64,000 nucleotides of DNA from an uncultured Rikenellaceae bacterium (GTDB lineage: Bacteria > Bacteroidota > Bacteroidia > Bacteroidales > VadinHA17). Made by a program: the position numbers and the translations under genes. Positions within the stretch are counted from its first letter, which is position 1; every line of letters starts with the position of its first letter. The notes under the pieces were generated by a model. The model was not told where the DNA came from, did no database searches, and saw nothing but the letters and a program-made list of their open reading frames with translations. The DNA lies in assembly GCA_964642615.1 (NCBI GenBank), contig CAZXSW010000001.1, positions 42,945-106,944 on the forward strand, written 5' to 3'. Shown here piece by piece: positions 58,410 through 64,000 of the stretch.

Positions 58410-58835
58410 TCATTCACTGATTTCACCCTGATCCCTTCGTAATTTCTTAATCTGACTGTGCCTTTTCTTGACTTCCAGTCTCTCTTCCCTCGATGCGGCA
58501 GTCGGTTTTGTTGTTTTCCTTTTTGGACGAATTGTCAATGCATCTGCAAGCAATCTGTATAATCTTTCTGTTACCACTTCCCTGTTCTTAAGCTGGGTGC
58601 GTTCCGACTGCGAGGTTATAAAAAGCTCTCCTTCAGAATTAATCCTCCTTTTCAACCTGGTAATAATGAGTGTTTTCTCTTCTTCAGAGAAGAGAGGCGA
58701 GTTGGCAATATCAAGCCTTAGTTCGATTCTGGTATTGACTTTATTGACGTTCTGTCCTCCAGGTCCGCTGCTTCTTGAACCGGAGAAGACAATACTCTTC
58801 TCCAGATTCCTTTCTTTAAGTTCTTCAATAGTCAT
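58410..58835 (-). CDS. arfB: alternative ribosome-rescue factor ArfB (peptidyl-tRNA hydrolase, GGQ domain)
   Basis: 141 aa with SGPGGQNVNKVNT (GGQ motif) and a basic C-terminal tail (KKRHSQIKKLRR). Confidence 0.85.
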   Translation of the reverse strand: MTIEELKERNLEKSIVFSGSRSSGPGGQNVNKVNTRIELRLDIANSPLFSEEEKTLIITRLKRRINSEGELFITSQSERTQLKNREVVTERLYRLLADALTIRPKRKTTKPTAASREERLEVKKRHSQIKKLRRDQGEISE

Positions 58836-58850
58836 ATCACTAAAATAACT

Positions 58851-59753
58851 CTACATGAAGAGAAGGGCCACGCCTCCGACGCTGAGCACGGCTCCGGCCA
58901 TTTCTGCAATTGTAACTCTCTGTTTATAAAGTAAAACAGCAGGTATAATAATAAAAACCGGAACAAGCGCCATTATTGTTGATGCAATACCGGCTTCAGT
59001 GTATCTGACAGCAACCAGCGAAAAGGAGACACCCAGAAAGGGTCCGAAAAAAGCTCCGGCCGTTGTCGCCCTGATACCTTCCCTGTCAGAAAGAGCCCTT
59101 ATGACAGAACCCCATCGCGACCATGCACTAATCAGCAGGACATATCCTGCCATGCCTGCTATTATCCTTATCTGTGTGGCTGCAAAAGCATCATAGTCCC
59201 CCATCCCGAGTTTGCTCAGAACCAGGCCCAGCGCCTGACCGACAGCCCCTCCGAAAGCATACAGTATACCCCTTCCTGAAAGCTTAAGCCTGAATTTTTC
59301 ACCTTTTTCCTTCCGGTTGAAGATAGCAAGAGCTATGCCGCTGAATGTAAGCATCATTCCGAAAAGATGCAGCATCCTGAGTTTCTCGCCCAGAACAAAA
59401 AAACCAATGAGTGCTGTGATAGGGGGGACCAGTGTCATTATAAGCATCGAGAATCTTGACCCGATTATCATATACGACTTAAAAAGAAATAAATCCCCGA
59501 AAGTAAAACCTATCAGTCCTGACACACTAAGCCACAGCCAGTTATGTGATGAAGCATCAAAAGGCATCAGCATGCCTCTTCGTATGAGGGTGAAGACACT
59601 CAGAAAAGCAAGGCCGATGACCAGCCTTATTATGTTTACAGGTATTGATCCTATTCTCTTTGTAGCCGTTTCAAATGAAAGGGCAGTGAGGGTCCAGAAT
59701 ATTGCAGTGAGAAGGGCAGCAAATTCCCCGGTGTGACCAGAAAAAAAATCCAT
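58851..59753 (-). CDS. EamA/DMT-family transporter
   Basis: 300 aa with 10 TM segments arranged as two EamA-like halves. Confidence 0.8.
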   Translation of the reverse strand: MDFFSGHTGEFAALLTAIFWTLTALSFETATKRIGSIPVNIIRLVIGLAFLSVFTLIRRGMLMPFDASSHNWLWLSVSGLIGFTFGDLFLFKSYMIIGSRFSMLIMTLVPPITALIGFFVLGEKLRMLHLFGMMLTFSGIALAIFNRKEKGEKFRLKLSGRGILYAFGGAVGQALGLVLSKLGMGDYDAFAATQIRIIAGMAGYVLLISAWSRWGSVIRALSDREGIRATTAGAFFGPFLGVSFSLVAVRYTEAGIASTIMALVPVFIIIPAVLLYKQRVTIAEMAGAVLSVGGVALLFM

Positions 59754-59764
59754 CCGAAACTAGG

Positions 59765-62500
59765 TTACTGCTCCTGAAACACAAATTTATAACTTCCCGA
59801 ACCTGCTTCCATTGTCAGGCCGTCTTCCTCCTGTCTGACCTCCGAAATATTCCTGTTAACCGAAAGAGAATTTCCACCCTCGCTAATCAGGGAGGCATCT
59901 TTTACAGGCAGTACAATTCTTGCTTTTGTGTTTGCAGGAACGGAGACACTTACAACAACTTTTCCGTCGTTTCTTTCCCAGCCAGAGGCTATCTTTCCAT
60001 AGGGACTTTCAAATTCTGCTTTTGAATAACCGAGCCTTTCCGAAATCGCTGGTCTTATAAGGATGTATCTGTACCCTGGTTCCAGAATTTCAATACCTGC
60101 TGAAACCCTGTACATCCAGTCGCCGATGGCTCCGTAAGCATAATGGTTGAATGAGTTCATTCCGGCATCCTGAAAGGTGCTGTCGGGTTTCTGACCATCC
60201 CATCTTTCCCATATGGTGGTGGCTCCCATCTTCACCGGATACAGCCATGAAGGGTAGGTCTCCTGCAGTAAAAGGTCATATGCTACATCTGTATATCCGT
60301 GTTGGGAGAGCACATGACACAGATAGGGAGTTCCAAGGAAGCCTGTTGACAGGTGGTTCTGGCGGCTTCTTATGTCGGCAACAAGAAAATCTGCAGCCTG
60401 AGCCCTCAGTTCTTCCGGGAGAAGATCAAACATAAGGGCAAGTACATATGACGTCTGGGAATTGGTACCGACCCTTCCGGCAGGGGTTACATATTCGTGG
60501 TTAAAGACACCTCTTATTTTATCATAGATATCCCTGTACATTTTTTCATCATCTGTTTTACCCAGGACACCTGCAGCTTCAGAGAGCAGTTTTGCTGAGT
60601 ATGCATAAAAAGCAGTAGCTATGAAATCGGGATCTGTGTAGCCATCGGCAGCTGAATGGCTGTTTACAGGAGGATGGTAAAACAGCCAGTCACCGTATTT
60701 ACTTCCGCCGTTCCATATAAAGTCATCGCCGGCTTTCTGTCTTATATAATCGACCCAAGCTTTCATGCCGGAATACTGATTCTCAAGAAACCTAAGATCG
60801 CCGTATACCTGGTACATAGTCCATGGAGCAATGACAGCCACATCACCCCAGCCTGCTGAAGGGGCTGCAGAAAGGGCATTCTGTGGATTCAGAACATCGG
60901 GGATGACATCCGGAATCTCACCACCTTTTTTCTGGTCGGCTGATACATCTTTAAGCCATTTGGTGAAAAAGGCCGAGACATCATAATTGAAAGCAGCTGT
61001 ACGGCAGAATGCCTGAGCATCGCCTGTCCATCCCAGTCTTTCGTCTCTCTGCGGACAATCGGTAGGCACATCGACAAAGTTGCCTTTCTGGCCCCACTGA
61101 ATGTTGTGCTGAAGCTGGTTAAGCAACTCATTGGATGATTCATAGGTTCCGGTGGGTTCCATGTCTGAATGAACCACCACACCGGTAAGGTTTTCAGGTT
61201 TAAGTTCTCCGGGGAATCCTGTGACTTCGACATACCTGAAGCCCATAAAGGTGAACCTGGGTTCGTAGGTCTCTTCACCGCCACCGGCAAGAGTATAGGT
61301 GATCATACATTTTGCCGCTCTCAGGTTTTCAGTATAGAACTCACCGTATTTATCCATAATCTCTGCATGTCTGAGGGTTATTATGGTACCGGCGGGACCG
61401 TTGACCTTCAGCCTGATCCAGCCCACCATGTTCTGTCCCATGTCGGCGACAAGCTTTCCTGAGGGGGTACGGAAGATCTTTACAGCCTTTATCTCTTCTA
61501 TCTTTCTTATGGCAGCCCCTTCAGAGGCAATGAGGTTGGAAAAGCTGTAATTGCCTGTACTGACACTCTGCCATCGTGAGTCGTCATATCCCGGAAGGTT
61601 CCAGCCAGTAAGCTTCCTGGTGGCATCATAGGTCTCGCCGTTATATATATCGTTCATCCTGATAGCCCCGTCAATGATACCTTTCCATGTTCCATCAGTG
61701 AGGATAAGTTCTTCACTTCCGTCAGTATAAACAATTCTCATCTGCATAAGCAGGCCAAGTCTTTTTCCGTAAATGGCCCAGTTATTCTCCCAGGCAAGTG
61801 AACCCCTGTACCAGCCATCACCAAGAACTGCCCCCATGGCATTTCTTCCTCCTGTGAGCATTCCTGTAACGTCATATACCTGATACTGAAGTCTTTTGCC
61901 GTACGATGTCCAGCCGGGTGTCAGCACCTGGTCCCCGACTTTTTTTCCATTAAGGTGAAGTTCGTAGAACCCATGTGACGTTACATACACCCGCGCACTG
62001 GCAACCCGCTTTGAAATGACGAATTCCTTCCTGAGATGAGGAGAGGGCGAATATCTTCCTGTATCTGCTTCAAGCTCTATCCATGAGGCTTTCCATTCAG
62101 CGGGAGAGAGCAGGCCTGTTTCCCAGAAACCTGTCTCGCTCCATTTTGAAACGTTGCCCTTGTTATCCCAGATCCTGACCTGCCAGTAGTATCTTTTACC
62201 GGCTATGAGTGCAGGCCCTCCATACTCCCTTAATATCGATTCATCTGAATTCACCTTCCCGCTTTCCCAAATAATGGTTCTTCCTGAAAAACGCGGATCG
62301 GTGGCAACCCTGATGGCATAGGCCGTCTGCATCAGAGAGCCTTCAGATCCGCCAATTTTCCACGATAAACCGGGTTTCGGGTTGTCAGTTCCAACCGGAT
62401 TCCTTTTACTGTCACAGCTGAGATCGCTGACTAAAAGATTCTGGGCGCACAGACCTCCCGACAACGACAGCAATACAAGAAATAAGCTTATGGATTTCAT
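59765..62500 (-). CDS. alpha-L-rhamnosidase (GH78)
   Basis: Signal peptide, then the hallmark DCPQRDERLGWTGDAQ, followed by the six-hairpin catalytic region. The length of 911 aa is typical of GH78. Confidence 0.85.
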   Translation of the reverse strand: MKSISLFLVLLSLSGGLCAQNLLVSDLSCDSKRNPVGTDNPKPGLSWKIGGSEGSLMQTAYAIRVATDPRFSGRTIIWESGKVNSDESILREYGGPALIAGKRYYWQVRIWDNKGNVSKWSETGFWETGLLSPAEWKASWIELEADTGRYSPSPHLRKEFVISKRVASARVYVTSHGFYELHLNGKKVGDQVLTPGWTSYGKRLQYQVYDVTGMLTGGRNAMGAVLGDGWYRGSLAWENNWAIYGKRLGLLMQMRIVYTDGSEELILTDGTWKGIIDGAIRMNDIYNGETYDATRKLTGWNLPGYDDSRWQSVSTGNYSFSNLIASEGAAIRKIEEIKAVKIFRTPSGKLVADMGQNMVGWIRLKVNGPAGTIITLRHAEIMDKYGEFYTENLRAAKCMITYTLAGGGEETYEPRFTFMGFRYVEVTGFPGELKPENLTGVVVHSDMEPTGTYESSNELLNQLQHNIQWGQKGNFVDVPTDCPQRDERLGWTGDAQAFCRTAAFNYDVSAFFTKWLKDVSADQKKGGEIPDVIPDVLNPQNALSAAPSAGWGDVAVIAPWTMYQVYGDLRFLENQYSGMKAWVDYIRQKAGDDFIWNGGSKYGDWLFYHPPVNSHSAADGYTDPDFIATAFYAYSAKLLSEAAGVLGKTDDEKMYRDIYDKIRGVFNHEYVTPAGRVGTNSQTSYVLALMFDLLPEELRAQAADFLVADIRSRQNHLSTGFLGTPYLCHVLSQHGYTDVAYDLLLQETYPSWLYPVKMGATTIWERWDGQKPDSTFQDAGMNSFNHYAYGAIGDWMYRVSAGIEILEPGYRYILIRPAISERLGYSKAEFESPYGKIASGWERNDGKVVVSVSVPANTKARIVLPVKDASLISEGGNSLSVNRNISEVRQEEDGLTMEAGSGSYKFVFQEQ

Positions 62501-62628
62501 GGGATTGTTTTTTGAATTAGGGAATCAATTTTGGTAAAAATATGAAATAAAAAATTATCCCATACTTCACTTACAACTGTTAAAGTTTATAAATTGCGAT
62601 TTATGTTATATCTAACTACTGACTACCT

Positions 62629-63657
62629 ATGAATCCTCTTGCCGGAATATTACTTATTGCACTTGGCAGTATCGGTGCAGCCAGCTTTTATGTACCCTTT
62701 AAAAAAGTCCGTTCATGGGCCTGGGAATCATACTGGCTGAGCCAGGGTGTTGCAGCATGGCTTATCGCTCCCTGGCTTTTTGCACTCATCTTTGTTCCCT
62801 CTGGAGAACTTATCCCAATTTTAAGGGAAGCACCCTTATCTGCTAAGTTGTGGGCCACTTTCTTTGGGTTTCTCTGGGGATTCGGAGGCCTTACCTTCGG
62901 GTTAAGCCTGAGATATCTGGGTGTGGCACTTGGTCAGAGTATAGCCCTGGGTCTCTGTGCTGCCTTTGGAACACTTATACCTCCAATCATTGCAGGCGAC
63001 AGTCTGTTATCAACCAGAGCAGGCATACTTACAATAATAGGTGTTGCAATTACTGTTGCCGGTATAATAATTATAGGTTATGCAGGCTCCCTGAAAGGCA
63101 AGGATATGAGCGAGGAAGAGAAGAGAGCTGCCGTGAAGGAGTTTGCCCTGAAAAAGGGGATTCTTATTGCTATCTTTTCAGGTATAATGAGCGCCTGCTT
63201 CAATTTCGGATATGAATTTGGAAAACCTATTGAAGATGTGGCCCTTGCACATGGGACAAATCCCCTGTACCAGAAAAATCCTACCCTGATATTCATTCTT
63301 CTGGGCGGATTCGTGACAAACTTTATATATTGTATTTTCCTTAATTTTAAAAACAAAACATACAAAGACTACTTCTCGGTTCCGGGAAATATTTTCATCA
63401 ACAACCTTATTTTTACCTTTATAGCAGGATTCCTCTGGTTCCTTCAGTTTCATTTCTTCGGAATGGGTTCCAGCAAGCTTCCTGAAGGTATGGCAGTATT
63501 CGGATGGAGTATCCTGATGGCCCTTAACATAGCAATAGCAAACATCTGGGGCATCGTTCTGAAAGAATGGAAAGGAGCCAGTTCCAAAACTATTGTCATA
63601 CTAATTGCAGGTATTATAGTTCTTATTCTTTCAACTTTTGTGGTAAAACTGGGATGA
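62629..63657 (+). CDS. rhaT: L-rhamnose/proton symporter
   Basis: 342 aa with 10 TMs. The N-terminus GSIGAASFYVPFKKVRSWAWESYW is collinear with E. coli RhaT ([24 protein letters not shown]). Confidence 0.85.
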   Translation: MNPLAGILLIALGSIGAASFYVPFKKVRSWAWESYWLSQGVAAWLIAPWLFALIFVPSGELIPILREAPLSAKLWATFFGFLWGFGGLTFGLSLRYLGVALGQSIALGLCAAFGTLIPPIIAGDSLLSTRAGILTIIGVAITVAGIIIIGYAGSLKGKDMSEEEKRAAVKEFALKKGILIAIFSGIMSACFNFGYEFGKPIEDVALAHGTNPLYQKNPTLIFILLGGFVTNFIYCIFLNFKNKTYKDYFSVPGNIFINNLIFTFIAGFLWFLQFHFFGMGSSKLPEGMAVFGWSILMALNIAIANIWGIVLKEWKGASSKTIVILIAGIIVLILSTFVVKLG

Positions 63658-63767
63658 ACCATCATGAGAAGATTTGGCTTCAGGATGTAAGACTCCGCTG
63701 AAGCTGCATCTGGCTATAAACATTCAGACATGATGACTACCAACGGAAAAACTAAAAAACCTATAAA

Positions 63768-64000
63768 ATGAAAAAAGATCTTTTGAAAAAACAATATCAG
63801 CTTGCCAGGGAGCAATATGCTGAAATCGGCGTTGATACTGACAAAGCCATTGAACAACTGGATAAGATACAGATCAGTCTGCATTGCTGGCAGACAGATG
63901 ATGTGGGCGGATTTGAAAAGCCCGGGGCAGAACTGGGAGGTGGAGGAATCCAGGTTACAGGTAATTTCCCGGGGAAAGCCACAACAATAACACAGATGCG
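63768..64000 (+). CDS. rhaA: L-rhamnose isomerase, 3-prime end cut by the window edge (not in the ORF track)
   Basis: My own translation from the ATG at 63768 gives MKKDLLKKQYQLAREQYAEIGVDTDKAIEQLDKIQISLHCWQTDDVGGFE... It is collinear with the E. coli RhaA N-terminus (SMHCWQGDDVSGFE). The frame is open to the end of the window. Confidence 0.85.
   Translation, partial: MKKDLLKKQYQLAREQYAEIGVDTDKAIEQLDKIQISLHCWQTDDVGGFEKPGAELGGGGIQVTGNFPGKATTITQM

Overview
This is a 64-kb chromosomal window that looks like Bacteroidota, probably Bacteroidales. The basis is gene content: a complete Bat aerotolerance operon, a B12-riboswitch/TonB-receptor locus, a long YidC, DUF349, a GH78/RhaT/RhaA cluster, and TAnnTTTG-type promoter boxes. 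I saw no rRNA, CRISPR array, transposase or integrase. Most of the window is housekeeping or accessory metabolism: queE (cut by the window start), pyrG, yidC, pcm, ung, arfB, tRNA-Arg(UCU), and rhaA (cut by the window end).

The most interesting region is about 2.6-12.1 kb. It holds a 46-aa double-glycine-leader peptide gene (4473..4613, minus strand) that the supplied ORF track misses. Around it are a C39-peptidase ABC exporter with a HlyD adaptor, an ECF-like sigma factor, a TPR membrane protein that resembles an anti-sigma factor, a 1015-aa membrane-anchored TPR-CHAT (caspase-like) protease, and a histidine kinase with no sensor domain. No peptide-modifying enzyme or immunity gene is visible. 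I read this as a candidate peptide-signal / regulated-proteolysis / sigma-factor circuit rather than a bacteriocin cluster. This is inference from the sequence only.

Other leads:
- A lysine-2,3-aminomutase + two Ddl-like ATP-grasp ligases + GNAT cluster (52.8-56.5 kb), which may make an undescribed beta-lysine-derived product.
- A roughly 210-nt promoter-to-terminator structured RNA candidate, possibly 6S-like (about 31.74-31.95 kb, minus strand).
- Two tandem genes that each fuse LeuC-like and LeuD-like aconitase-family domains (32.2-35.8 kb).
- An orphan terminator and possible sRNA upstream of ung.
- An unlisted 57-aa BFD-like [2Fe-2S] ORF.

All functional calls come from reading motifs in the translations. 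No database search was run.
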